A stretch of DNA of 63,473 nucleotides, filler included, from Saprolegnia diclina VS20 (Eukaryota): the NCBI RefSeq assembly GCF_000281045.1. It is 9 parts of 2 records of this genome, joined end to end, with 100 filler letters (N's around TTAATTAATTAA, not from the genome) between each part and the next. Parts side by side here need not be neighbours in the genome. Positions count along the whole stretch, not along the records: positions 35,495 to 49,410 come from NW_008246075.1; 8 more parts are not named here. The stretch is one strand, 5' to 3'. Within the stretch, counting starts at the first letter, position 1. Each line of letters opens with the position of its first letter. Both the position numbers and the translations under genes were made by a program. The notes beneath the pieces are model-generated. The model was not told the DNA's origin. It saw nothing but the letters and a program-made list of their open reading frames with translations, and made no database searches. This document shows positions 35,660 to 47,500 of this stretch, piece after piece.

Positions 35660-38604
35660 TTAGACGATGACGTCGGTGCGTCGCGCCGAGAGGACCGATT
35701 TGGCGCCGAGCGTCGCGCTCTCGTCGTCGTCGTCGTCGCGCTGGATGGCGAGGACGTACTCGGACGACTTGGAGCGCTTCTTCTTGGCAAACACGCGCGG
35801 CCGACGCCAGCTGCCGCGACGCGCGTCCGCCCATTTGCGGCCTTCGTCGACCAGTAGGACGCTGGATGCAATCGCAGTCATGTAGAGTAGATCCCCGAGC
35901 GACAGGGCTTCGGTTTGGAACGCAGCTTGCAGGAACGGCACGTAGATGACCATGAGCTGCCCGACGAGCGACGCGCCGACTGCGGCGCAAAACGCCTTGT
36001 TGGAAAAGAGGCCGATTTCAAACACCGACTTGGTCTCGGAGCGGCAGCTCAGCGCGTTAAACATGTCAAAAAGCACAAACGTCGTAAAGCTCATCGTGTG
36101 GTCGCGCCGACTGACGTGCCATGCGTCATCGAGCTCGTCGACAAACACGTAGAGCGTACCCAATACAATCAAGCTGGCCGAGACGAGCACGCGCTTGAGC
36201 ATCGCGCGCGTAATGATGGGCACCTACAGACCGTCGTCATTCGATCAGCAACTAAATGACAAAAGGTTGTCGTACGTCGGGCGACCGAGGGCCTTCTTGG
36301 AGCACGTCGTCGTCGACAGGCTCGACACCGAGCGACTGCGCGGGCGGGCCGTCCATGATGATGTTGATCCATAGAATCTGCATCGCGTTGAGCGGGTTTG
36401 GCAGCCCAAAGAGCGTCGTGATCGCAATCAAACTCAGCGCCGCCACCGACGTCGAGAGCTGGAAGCGCAAGAAGTGCGTAATGTTGTGGTAAATGCCCTT
36501 GGCTTCGGCCATTGCATATAGAATCGTGCCCAGGTTGTCGTCGAGCAAGATCATGTCCGCCGCTTCCTTTGACACATCGGTGCCGGTCGTGCCCATCGCG
36601 ATGCCGATGTCGGCGGCCTTGAGCGCCGGCGCGTCGTTGACGCCGTCGCCCGTCATGGCCACCTGCGCGCCCATGGCCTGCGCTGCGCGCACAATCTGGA
36701 GCTTGTGGGTCGGGCACGTCCGGTAAAAGACGCGCGTGGTCGCAAGCCGAGCTTGCAGCGCGCTCTCATCGAGGTGGTCGAGCTCGGCGCCGGCACAAAA
36801 CAAGTCGTCGTTCTCGACATCAGTGAGAATGCCAACTTGGAGGGCGATGGCGCCCGCCGTCTCCTTGGCGTCGCCCGTCAGCATGAGCGTCGAGACACCC
36901 GTGGCCGCAAGCGACGCGATCGTGTCGGCCACGCCGGCGCGCGGCGGGTCCGAGATGCCGACAAGCCCGAGAAACACGAGCGACTCCATGCTGGGGCCCT
37001 TGGCCAGCGCGAGGACACGCAGCCCTTCGTGGGCGAGCGTATGCGCCTTCGCCAAGAGGTGCTGGCGGTCCGTCTCGGAGAGCACCCGCGTCTCGAGGCG
37101 GTCGGTCTGCACGGTCGTGCAACGCGACAAGATGGCCTCCACCATGCCCTTGGCATGCCACGTAGAGGTGTTGTCGCCCTGGTCGGCGACACGGACGGCC
37201 ATAAACTTGGTGTCGGAGCTAAACGGAATCTCCTCGCGCCGCGGGTACTCGCGCCGAACGAGTGGCAGAAGGCCAATCTCGGGCGACGCCGCGGCCAACA
37301 AGAGCGCGCCTTCGGTGGCTTGGCCGACCACGTCACCGTTGACAAGGTCGGCGTTGTTGCAGAGGACACCAGTTAAAAAGAGGCTCGTGGTCGCCACGAG
37401 CTCGGCCGCGCTGCGCGCTGTATCGAGCGGCCACACGGCGCCGGCCACGTTCATGACGTAGACAGCGAGCGCTTGCATTTGGTTGGTCGTCAGTGTCCCC
37501 GTCTTGTCGACGCAGAGAATACTGGTGCACCCCAGCGCCTCGACCGCCGGCAATTTCTTGAGGATGGCGTGCCGGGACGCCATGCGCATGACGCCGAGCG
37601 CCAATGTGACGGTGACGCAGATGGGGAGGCCCTCCGGGATGGCGGCGACCGCGAGCGAGACGCCGATCTGGAGCATTTTGAAGACAGGCTGGCCCTGGAG
37701 CGCGCCGACGAGGACAATGACGCCAATGACGGCCATCGACGCCATCGAGAGCTGGTTCGCGAGCGTGTCCATGCGGGCTTGCAGTGGCGTCTTGCGCTCC
37801 TCGACCGAGTCGACAACCTCAAAGACAGCACCAAACTCGGTCGACCGGCCCGTGCCGTACACGATCGCCTTGCCATGCCCGGTGCGCACGAGCGTGCCCA
37901 TGTACACAAGGTTCTTGCGCTCGGCAATCGGGTGCGAGAGCGCTTGCTGCAGTGGCGCAGTGTGCTTGGAGACCTAGACCAAAGTGCAATCGCACCTCAT
38001 GCAGCCATGCGATGACGTACGGGATGCGTCTCGCCGGTCAAGCTCGACTCATCGACGTCCAAGTTGATGGCTTCGACGAGGCGCCCGTCGGCAGGCACGC
38101 GATCACCCGTGGCGATGAGGATGATGTCGCCCGGCACGAGTTCGGAGGCGTCGAGCTACGCGTCGGCATGAACATGAGAGATATCACGTCATAGCAGCGC
38201 ACCTCTTGGGTGAAGCCATCGCGTATGACGCGGCAGCGCGGCGGCACGAGCTCCTTGAGCGCGTCGAGCGTCTTCTCGCTGCGGTATTCTTGCACGAACG
38301 CAACAGTGACGACGATCGTAAGCGCAACGACGATCGAGATGGCGTCGTCGAGATGGCCCATGAGCACAGAGACGCCGCCGGACGCCATGAGCAGCATATT
38401 GAGCGGGTTCTGGAACTGCTCGAGGAACTTCTTGATCAAGCTCTCTTCGCCGTCGGTCTCGAGCGCGTTCCTGCCGTGCGCTAGGCGGCGCGTATGGACC
38501 TGCGCCGCCGAGAGGCCGGCGCTAAGGTCGACGTCGAGGTCCCGCGCGACCTCGTCCACGGAGCGCGACGCGGACGAGCTTGCGTCCGTCGGTGCGTCTG
38601 CCAT
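35660..38604 (-). CDS. PMR1: P-type IIA Ca2+/Mn2+ ATPase, secretory-pathway (SPCA/PMR1) type, 4 exons
   Basis: [35 protein letters not shown] and the SPCA-diagnostic [21 protein letters not shown]. Introns at about 38156-38202, 37975-38020 and 36225-36275. Confidence 0.95.
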
Positions 38605-39215
38605 CTCCACGTAGCAGTGGTCCCAGCCCGACAGTATGGTGGATACCGCGTGTTTTTTCACTGTATTTAAATCCAACGATCAAATCGCCTACATACATCA
38701 AGTTAATTCGAACAATAGAAAGTAAATTAATTTATTGTATTTTTAATCCACTGGCCAATGGCATCGCGCCACAAGGAGTCGCCGGATCGTAACCGGATGC
38801 AACCTCCCACGCCTGAGTTGACGCAGGATTCAAATCCAGTCGTATTCCATCCCACCAGACTCGACCAGATCCAGAGTCCAGATAACCAGAGTCCAGACTT
38901 GATTGAACCAAATTTCGATCTCATCACCAGAGACCAGTCCTTCGCCAAGCGCGATGGCTCTCGCGTAGAAGCTAGCGACCGCGAAGCATGTTGCTGGCTG
39001 CCCTATCTTCCGGCGCTAAACGTATTCAGACCTCGCTCCAGAGTCCAGATTCCAGACTAGACCCGGCGAAACTTTGATCCAGTCGCCAAAGACCAGTCTG
39101 TCGCCACGCGCAGCGGTTCACTGCGTTGACGTCGCAGTAGTCGTGGCCGCCGCAAGATATAGGCATGATGGTCAAGCTTTTGGCGATCGTCCAGCAGTCC
39201 TTGCCCAAAGGCAAC

Positions 39216-42200
39216 TCAGTCGATCAGCGCATACGTGGCAGCGAGTTCGGCTTCCGAGCCGATCCAGCCATTGACGACGCGGTCATGGACCGGCGTCACG
39301 ACGAGTCGCCAGAGCTTGACGTCGAGCGCATAGACTGTCGCGCCGTAGCGCAGCGTGAGGACGCCGGTGAGCGCCGCCGAGGCGCGGTCAATGTAGTACA
39401 CGTTCTCAATGATGCGGCCGCCGTGCAAGAAGAGGTACTTGGCGCCACTCGAGAGTAAGAGCGACGTCGTTGGGGTTGGCGGCAGCGACCGTATGCGCCA
39501 GCGCACGAGGCTATAGCTCACACACGTGCAGCCGAGCACGATGCCATGCAACTGCACGAGCCGGGTGACGCTGCCAATTGCAATCTCGGCGCTGTGACAG
39601 TGCACTTGGTAGTCCGTCTCGGTCACGTGACACGTTGTCTGAAGGGATAGCGACGCAGTGATGGGCTGCAGCGCCGTGAGCACAGCCACGACCAGCCATA
39701 CGAGAAGGCTGTTGGGCGTCACAAAGAGCGCTGCGTGTTCGCGAGTGAGAATGAGTCCAATGTCGTTGACAACAGCAACGAACCACGTCGTCTCACCGGC
39801 GGCCAAAAGGACGGTGTACCACGGGGTTGGCGGCGCTCGCAAGCGACTGAGGACGCCCGACGTGTCGAGTTCGAGCGACGCTGTCGAGAGGACGCAGAGC
39901 GCCGTGAGCGACCGAAGAAAGAGGAGCGGTCGGCCGACCCAGACAATGCCGGCGACCCGCGAGAGCTCGAGCATGTTCAGTCCCTCAATGTGCCCACGGA
40001 TCACGAGCACGTAGAGCGACACGATCACGGACACGCTGAGCATCATACAGGTGACGTACAGGACACCCGACTGCAAGTACTGCGCGACATTGGTTGCGAG
40101 CTGCCAGTCGAGGACGCCTTGCGTGAGCTGCGGGATTTCGTCCGAGAGAAGCGTGAGCGTCGCGACGTCGCCTTGGAACGACACCACTTCGCGCAGACCG
40201 AGCACCCACGAGGTCAAGTAGGTCCACCCAAAGAACCGAAACGCCGGCGCCTCGAAAACCGGCGTCGACACGAGCTGCAGCGCCGGCGCCCGCGTGTAAA
40301 CCATGAACGAGATGTTGAGGTCGTCCACCACAGTATTGACAATGTGGGTTCGATCGACGTAATTGGTCGGGTCCAGATACTGTGTGAGAAAGGCGCGCGT
40401 CAAATTCAAAAATGTGCGACACTCGGGCACAAAGCTCGCGTCGGCGGCGCAGACCGCCGTGAGGTTGGTCGTTGGCGCCACGGACGCCAAGATCGCCGAC
40501 ACGAGGTAGTGCGTTCGTGTGGCCGTGATACGACTCGGGCTTGGCACGGCGGGAAGACACGGCGACGAGAAGGCCACGAGGTTCGAGAAGCACTTTGCGA
40601 GCGGCTTGCTCGCGAGGTACTCGGGGCACAGCGGGCTGCTCCCGAGCGTCTCGAGCGCGCTCCATTTGGATGGAATCGGGCATGACATGGTGTTGGGGAC
40701 GATCGATGCATACAGTGTTTGGGCATCGAGACTCATCGCCATGGCTTTGCGTGCGTCGTTGACAATGTCTCGGACAAGCTCCATGACGAGGGCCGGTACG
40801 CTCACATACACCATGTCAGTGACGCCAAACGGGCCAAGCATCGCGGCGACAAGGGCGAGGCCGTTGGCCAGTGGCGACATCAACGTCAAGTTTGCCGTAA
40901 GGACGGCTTGAAGAGATGTGTTGGCAAAGGCGAACCGAGGACTCGTTCGCAAGAGACTGAGACCACTGATACCACTGGTGTTGGACGCAATCGCAGAGAG
41001 ATCGTTGGCCAGCGACCAGTACATCTTGTACGAGGTCTGACTGCTCCAGCGGTAGCTGCCGTTGAGGGCCATGAGCGTCATAGGATACGAGATACCAAAG
41101 GCGTTGACGATCGAGTAGCTGTTGAAGACGCCGATGCGCTTGTAGTTTTGCCACTGCACTTGAAATATTGATAGATTGTGCTGGCGCCACAGCGCGGTTT
41201 CATCTTGCAGCGGGAGTCGCTCCATAGCCATTGAATGCAGCCAGTCTTGACCGTCGGACGACTGTCGCAGGTCGACACCAAACGCCGTCTCAAACGCACT
41301 GCCCCAACAATACGCAAAGGTTGCGAAGTCAATGTTGCGCAGCACCGACTCGAGGTACACGGCAGCATTTTCCTCCATCTTCTGACACCGCAGTTGGCGC
41401 TGGTTGGAGTAGGCCATTGACCATTTCTTCTTCCAGTCGAGGTAGCAGTACGGCGTAAAGATCCAGGGCGCGTTGCACGCATCCGAGACGCGAAGACCCG
41501 CAATCGAGGCTTCGATCGCACTGAGATCGCCGTAGGCAAGGGTTGCTCCATACGTCGTTGTCGCCGACACGGTGGCGATATGGGTACCAAGTAGATTCAA
41601 CCGACCGTCGGTCGCGTCCAGCGCACCGTCGACGACACGCAAGACAAGTTGTTCATTGAGCCAGCTCCCAAAGAAACTGTGGATCGTCGACATTTGAAAC
41701 GAAGCCCAGAAGAAATCGTTGGCCAAATTGGCTTTCGCCACTTGCAAGTACGAGATCGAGCCGGTGATGGCCGCAGCCATAAAACAGCCGCCGATCGCCA
41801 ACTTGACGTGCTTGCCGCGCTCGAGGAGCCCGAGGCGGTGCGGCAAGAGCGGTCCGAGGTGGTGCATCGAAGGGGGCGCCGTCGCGCGGCTCAAGAGGCC
41901 GACCACCGACACCCGCGAGAGGTTGCAGTGGCTCCGCGCTATCGTATCTTGAAGAAAGACCCACAAGATCAAGTGGAATACCCGTCGACGGGTGTGCACC
42001 GTGAACGGGACAATGCCGCAGAGGACGCACGTGACCGCGTCGTAGTTGTCGGACTGCGCACGCAGAGGCGTCAAGAGCGCGGCAGGCAGCCCGGACAGAA
42101 GCAAGCTCACGTCCTCGAACGTTGTGACGCGGTTCGGGCGCTTCCGTAGCCCGTACGTCGCGCCCATGACCACAAAGAGCGCGAGTAGTTGCGCCCCAAG

Positions 42201-44498
42201 CAGCGTACAGAGGCGCGTAAAATCGCCAACCATCAGCGTACCCACCTTGCAGCTAATGGTGTAGTCCAAGTCTTGCATTGTGCAGTCGCGCTCGAGCGTC
42301 AACGTCGCTTGAATCGGCGACATTAGCTCCTGAACGACAACCACCGTGAACGCACATAGACTGCTAAGGGGGCCGTAGATGCGAATGGTGTCTTGGTGCG
42401 GAAGACAAATGAGCAACACGTCCGTGACGACGTAGAGGACCCAGGTCGCCTCGCCCGCTATAAGAAGCGTCTGCCACAGCGGCCGCGGTGCAAAGAGAAG
42501 CCGACTGTAGCCGCCGACGGCAGTGAGCGAGAGCTGTGACGTGCTGAGCATCAAGATCGCGCTCAAGCCGCGTAAGAAAAGCGTTGGCCGACCGACCCAG
42601 ATGGAGCCCACGAGGCGGTTGAAGAAGCGAAGGTTGCGACCGAGGAGATGGAAGCGCAAGTGAATCGCGTAGCCCACACTGTAGAGTCCGACGAGCGCCA
42701 ACACGCTGGCGCTGTAGACGACCAGGTAGTAGAGCACGCGCGTGGCGTCGTGGAGCGGCTTGTCGCCGGTGACAAACGGGTCGCCGTCGTACGCGTCCGA
42801 CACGAGAACAAGTGTTGCCGTGTTGCCTTCAAACGAGACGACTTCACGCGTCCCCTTGGCCCACTCATGCAAGAGACACCAGCCGTAAAACGACCAGCCA
42901 AGTGACCTCTCGCTCGCACTCAGCGGGGCCGTCAGTAGTGTCCAGTTGGTGCCGGGGCGTTGGGCAAACTGCATGAGGCTGATCTGTGCGGCGTCTAGTG
43001 CAGGTCGCGCCGTCTCGATCGCCGCACGCACAGACACGGGCAACGCAAGGTCATACAGAAAGCGCATCGATGCATTGAGCGCGTCACTGCAGACCACGGG
43101 GGCGAGATTCGTCTGCAGACCGCAAATCTCGTCCAGTGTCGCGTTCGCGGCCAAAAGTGCAAAGAGCAAAGTCGTGGGAGCGGCAACGACCGTAAACGGA
43201 TGGAGATGGCTGCAATCATCGTAAAAAGAAAACGGCGCTTGGACAAATCCGGTCGGCGCGCCGTTCGTACACATAGGGTCGCCCCCAAAGTACGTCGCGT
43301 TGCGCCAGGATGCCGGCAGCGGCGCCAGCTGTAGCGGCCGTAGCGTCAGCAAGCCATCAAAGAGCGGACGCGAGGCATCGAGACGGGCAAACAGCGCCGA
43401 GTGAAAGGTGTTGTACGCGCCGAGTAAGTCGGGCACCATGGGTTTTATACGCGTATCGACGTTGAAGTACGGTCCGACGGTCGCGTGAAACAAGGCGGCT
43501 TGACCGACGAGCTGGCCGGCGGTGTCGGCGAGACCGCGGTACGTCTCGAAATTGACGGTCGGCAAGAGAGACGTGTTGAGGCCAACGTACTGTGCGGTGT
43601 CCCGCACCATGCTGCGGTTGAGGATCATCGCATTGTACGCAACCTGAATCGGCATCCAGTTCATGGTCTGCGACGACCACGAGCCAGCGAGAAGCGGCTG
43701 CACTTTGAGTGGCAGCGCCTCTGTTAAACCAAAGGCGTTAGTGAGTTGAAGGGTGTCCGAGATACCCGTGAGCCACCGGTTTTGCCACTGCAGCTCAAAC
43801 GACGTGAGGTTGTGCTTTTGCCAATAGTCGACTTCGTCGGCGACTGAAGTCGTTTTGGCCGCGATCGACACGTTTGTTAGCCAGGTTTGACCGGCGATGG
43901 ATGCTCGGAGCCCTTGTTGGACGGCTACGTCAAAGTAGCTCCCCGGCGTGCCCCACATGGCCATGTAGTCGGCCCACACTTGATTGCGCACGACAGCTTC
44001 AAGGTACACGGCGGCGTTGTGCCGATAGCGCTGCGCACACCGTTGCTGGCGCGCTATCGTCAAGGCCATTTCGAACGACTGGTTAAAGTCGACCCAGCAC
44101 GACGGCACGTTGATGCGCATGCTCCAGAACGGCGTGAGCGCCCGCAGCTTCGGAATCACGAACGTCGGGGACGTGAGCCGGGGCGAGACGAGGAGACTGT
44201 GGATGTACGGCGGGTAGATGCGCGTGGCAGCGCTGAGACGCGCATACGCTTGTGGTACCATCGCATCAGGGCTGCGGAGGTCCCATGTGCCAGAAGAAAC
44301 CACGGGTAGCATCTGGTTGATGAGGTCGACAAGAAATGCTTCGTAGCCTGACGCATTGTAGTGTGGCCACCACAGATCGTTGGCCGAGCTTTGCGCCAAG
44401 ACACGAAGGTACATGATGCCGCTGAGCACCGAGAGGACCACGTACGTGACACCGAGAAGCGCCTCGAGCAGCTGCCGCGGTGAGATGCCGAGCGACAT
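39216..44498 (-). CDS. Giant multi-pass membrane protein (1760 aa, intronless), two internal repeats; Saprolegniales-type expanded family, member 1
   Basis: Duplicated module: TM-NDLWW/NDFFW, CWVDF/CYLDW...RC...NAAVYLE..RN, F.(L/V)QWQN, REVVSF(E/Q)G, R..G..WVGRP.LFLR, AGE.TW, followed by several TM helices. Confidence 0.88.
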   Translation of the reverse strand: MSLGISPRQLLEALLGVTYVVLSVLSGIMYLRVLAQSSANDLWWPHYNASGYEAFLVDLINQMLPVVSSGTWDLRSPDAMVPQAYARLSAATRIYPPYIHSLLVSPRLTSPTFVIPKLRALTPFWSMRINVPSCWVDFNQSFEMALTIARQQRCAQRYRHNAAVYLEAVVRNQVWADYMAMWGTPGSYFDVAVQQGLRASIAGQTWLTNVSIAAKTTSVADEVDYWQKHNLTSFELQWQNRWLTGISDTLQLTNAFGLTEALPLKVQPLLAGSWSSQTMNWMPIQVAYNAMILNRSMVRDTAQYVGLNTSLLPTVNFETYRGLADTAGQLVGQAALFHATVGPYFNVDTRIKPMVPDLLGAYNTFHSALFARLDASRPLFDGLLTLRPLQLAPLPASWRNATYFGGDPMCTNGAPTGFVQAPFSFYDDCSHLHPFTVVAAPTTLLFALLAANATLDEICGLQTNLAPVVCSDALNASMRFLYDLALPVSVRAAIETARPALDAAQISLMQFAQRPGTNWTLLTAPLSASERSLGWSFYGWCLLHEWAKGTREVVSFEGNTATLVLVSDAYDGDPFVTGDKPLHDATRVLYYLVVYSASVLALVGLYSVGYAIHLRFHLLGRNLRFFNRLVGSIWVGRPTLFLRGLSAILMLSTSQLSLTAVGGYSRLLFAPRPLWQTLLIAGEATWVLYVVTDVLLICLPHQDTIRIYGPLSSLCAFTVVVVQELMSPIQATLTLERDCTMQDLDYTISCKVGTLMVGDFTRLCTLLGAQLLALFVVMGATYGLRKRPNRVTTFEDVSLLLSGLPAALLTPLRAQSDNYDAVTCVLCGIVPFTVHTRRRVFHLILWVFLQDTIARSHCNLSRVSVVGLLSRATAPPSMHHLGPLLPHRLGLLERGKHVKLAIGGCFMAAAITGSISYLQVAKANLANDFFWASFQMSTIHSFFGSWLNEQLVLRVVDGALDATDGRLNLLGTHIATVSATTTYGATLAYGDLSAIEASIAGLRVSDACNAPWIFTPYCYLDWKKKWSMAYSNQRQLRCQKMEENAAVYLESVLRNIDFATFAYCWGSAFETAFGVDLRQSSDGQDWLHSMAMERLPLQDETALWRQHNLSIFQVQWQNYKRIGVFNSYSIVNAFGISYPMTLMALNGSYRWSSQTSYKMYWSLANDLSAIASNTSGISGLSLLRTSPRFAFANTSLQAVLTANLTLMSPLANGLALVAAMLGPFGVTDMVYVSVPALVMELVRDIVNDARKAMAMSLDAQTLYASIVPNTMSCPIPSKWSALETLGSSPLCPEYLASKPLAKCFSNLVAFSSPCLPAVPSPSRITATRTHYLVSAILASVAPTTNLTAVCAADASFVPECRTFLNLTRAFLTQYLDPTNYVDRTHIVNTVVDDLNISFMVYTRAPALQLVSTPVFEAPAFRFFGWTYLTSWVLGLREVVSFQGDVATLTLLSDEIPQLTQGVLDWQLATNVAQYLQSGVLYVTCMMLSVSVIVSLYVLVIRGHIEGLNMLELSRVAGIVWVGRPLLFLRSLTALCVLSTASLELDTSGVLSRLRAPPTPWYTVLLAAGETTWFVAVVNDIGLILTREHAALFVTPNSLLVWLVVAVLTALQPITASLSLQTTCHVTETDYQVHCHSAEIAIGSVTRLVQLHGIVLGCTCVSYSLVRWRIRSLPPTPTTSLLLSSGAKYLFLHGGRIIENVYYIDRASAALTGVLTLRYGATVYALDVKLWRLVVTPVHDRVVNGWIGSEAELAATYALID

Positions 44499-44572
44499 CG
44501 GTCCAAGAGTCGCAGTCGTTTCGGAGGTTGTCTCTAGTGTCCGTTTCGGCTTCGGTCGCAGTTGGACACTTT

Positions 44573-47500
44573 ATGGTTGGCATCATGATGCCTGCCCCAT
44601 CCATCGCGCTCGGCCTTTCTTACGTCTTGCTCTCACTCGCCGGCTGCGTCTACTACACGAGCCTGCTCCAACCCAGCTTCGCCAACGATCTTTGGTGGGC
44701 CGGCTACAACGTCTCGGGCTACCAAGCCTTTCTCATCGACCTCGTCAACCAGTTTCTCATGACACAAGCCAACGGTACACTGGACGTGCTCTCTGCGTCG
44801 GCCATGGTGCCCAAGACGTACGCGACCATCGATGCGTTCACGAGCATCTACACGCCCTACATGCACGACGTTCTCCTCGGCGAGCTCACGTCCATCGAGT
44901 ACGCCGTGCCAAAGCTTCGTATGCTGAGCACCTACTGGTGCATGCGCATGAACGTGCAGCACTGCTGGGTCGACTTTAACNNNNNNNNNNNNNNNNNNNN
45001 NNNNNNNNNNNNNNNNNNNNNNNNNNNNNNNNNNNNNNNNNNNNNNNNNNNNNNNNNNNNNNNNNNNNNNNNNNNNNNNNNNNNNNNNNNNNNNNNNNNN
45101 NNNCTCTGGGCTGGGAATGGTCTTCGCTTCAACGTGGCGATCCAGCGCGGCCTTCAGGAAACCATCGCAGGTCGCTCGTTTCTATCGCAAATGGCAACAG
45201 CGGTCAACACATCGTCGGTGGCCGACGAACTAACCTACTGGCGGTCGTACAACTTGTCGATCTTTGAGCTTCAGTGGCAGAGTCGGTGGCAACCCGGCGT
45301 CTCCGAGACGGTTGTGGTTTCGAACGCGCTCAAGATGCAGCAGAGCTTCACATTGAAGGCGCTGGACCAAGTTACGGGTCCGTGGTCGTCCCAGAGCCTC
45401 TTTTGGATGCCACTCAACGACTTGTACAACTCGATGCTTATGAACCGGAGCTTTGTCCGGGGCACGAGTCGGTACTTTGGCGCCAACATCAGTGCATTAC
45501 CGGTTATCAACTTGGAGACGTATCGGGGCATGGCCGACAGCCGTGGCAACCTCGTCGGGAAAGCGTGGGTTTTTCATACCTTTATCGGTCCTTACATCAG
45601 CATTGACATTCGCTACAAGCTGCGGCCACCGACTCTTGTAGCTGCGTACAACCGGCTCCAAGATGTTGTCTCGGAGCATCTCGCAACGTCGGCAGCAAGG
45701 TTTGCATCGTTTGCCAGTCTTCCGTCTGTGGTTTTGACGCCGACGCCGCCTCGGTGGAGAGGTGACTATACGTTTTACGGAGGTGACCCGATGTGCCTCC
45801 TCGGTTCTGGTACACCCCACGTGCAGCAGTCGTTTGATTTTTACGACGACTGCTCTCAGACAACGCCGTTGCGGCTGCAGCCGACAGCCCTCACTTTGCT
45901 CTTTGCACTTGTGGCGCTCAACGTGACGACGGCTACTATACTACCCACGCCCATCACCTCGATCTGCGCTCTCTCTTCGACGCCAGGCCCTTGTACAACA
46001 GCGCTCTCCGCAGCATCCAACTGGCTGAAAGAGGTACCTATTCCAGACGACCTCTTGTCCATGCTCCAGTCATTACCACCGGTTCTTCAGGACACGCAAG
46101 TTGGTTTTATGCAGTTTGCAACCTCAGCAAATGGCTCGTGGGTGCTCTTGCAACAGCCGCTGCTCGGCTCCCTTGATGAGCCTTGGACGTTCTATGGCTG
46201 GTGCTTCGCAGCCGACTGGGCCGCCGGGCTTCGCCAAGCCGCTTCGTTTGAAGGCGATGTCTCCTCCATTGTCCTTCTCTCCAACGCGTACACAAGTCAG
46301 CACTACGTCACGAGCAACCAGCCTCTTTTAGCAAAGTGCTTGCAGCAGAGAGCCATGTAATATAGACCACAGGAGACAAACACAAAATATCACCTCATTT
46401 CCAAGCATTTACCTCTCTACGGAGAGCACTTGATGGCGCTACCGCGCCATCTTATCGGCTACCAAACGCATTCATCCATCGATATTAGTCGCCGCAACAT
46501 TTTGAAGACACGAAAAATGCATTTTCGAGTCATTTTATGGTCTCGAGATGCTCAAGAGCTCCGACTCGTGGTTCCTCTACGTGACGGTGCACACGCCCGA
46601 CATTGGCAAGCACGACGCCAAGTGCCTCGAGACGGCGCGCAAGGAGCGCGAGGAAGACATGGTGCAGGGCGGCAAGCTCCTCAACGAAGACGAGTCGGAC
46701 GTCAACTCGGTCACGTCCGAGCTCGAAAAGTCCAAGGCGTGTGCGGACGAGAAGGCCGTCAAGCGCGACGTGTGGGCGTATGTCGAAGACGTGTACAACG
46801 TCGAGAAGCCGCAGGAGAAGGACGAAGACATGATGATGACGTCGCAGATCCGCGGCCTTGTCGCGCAGCTCGGCGAAACCTTTGAGATGCTCACCAACCG
46901 CCTCGCGGAAGAGGACGAGTCGAGACCGCCACCAAGATGGTCTACTACGTCGTCATGGTTACCTCAGTGTACCTCGTCAGTGTCGGCGTCTTCGCTCTTC
47001 TCTACACCTTCTTCNNNNNNNNNNNNNNNNNNNNNNNNNNNNNNNNNNNNNNNNNNNNNNNNNNNNNNNNNNNNNNNNNNNNNNNNNNNNNNNNNNNNNN
47101 NNNNNNNNNNNNNNGTACCTCGTCAGTGTCGGCGTCTTCGCTCTTCTCTACACCTTCTTCAGTCGCTTTCAGGTCGTCAGTAGCAACCTCCTTCGGTTCA
47201 ACCGGCTCGTGGGGTCGGTCTGGGTCGGTCGCCAGCTCATGTTGATCCGCGGAATGAGCGCAATTCTGCTTTTGAGCGCGCCGCAACTTCAACTAACTTC
47301 GTCATGTGGCTACACGCGCATGGTGGCACGTCCTCGGTCGTATGTGGAAGCCGCCGTGATTGCGGGCGAAGCTACGTGGTTCACCTACAGTCTCCACGAC
47401 CTTTTGGTGCTCGTCTTCGCCGATATGACGCGCATCTACGCGCCGCTCAGCGCCGCGTTCATATGGATATCGCATCTCGCGCTCGACGTGGCAGCGCCCG

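Noticed and set aside
46969..47160. 46-bp direct repeat either side of a 100-N gap
   Set aside because: Unmerged contig overlap; collapsing it gives a continuous reading frame.
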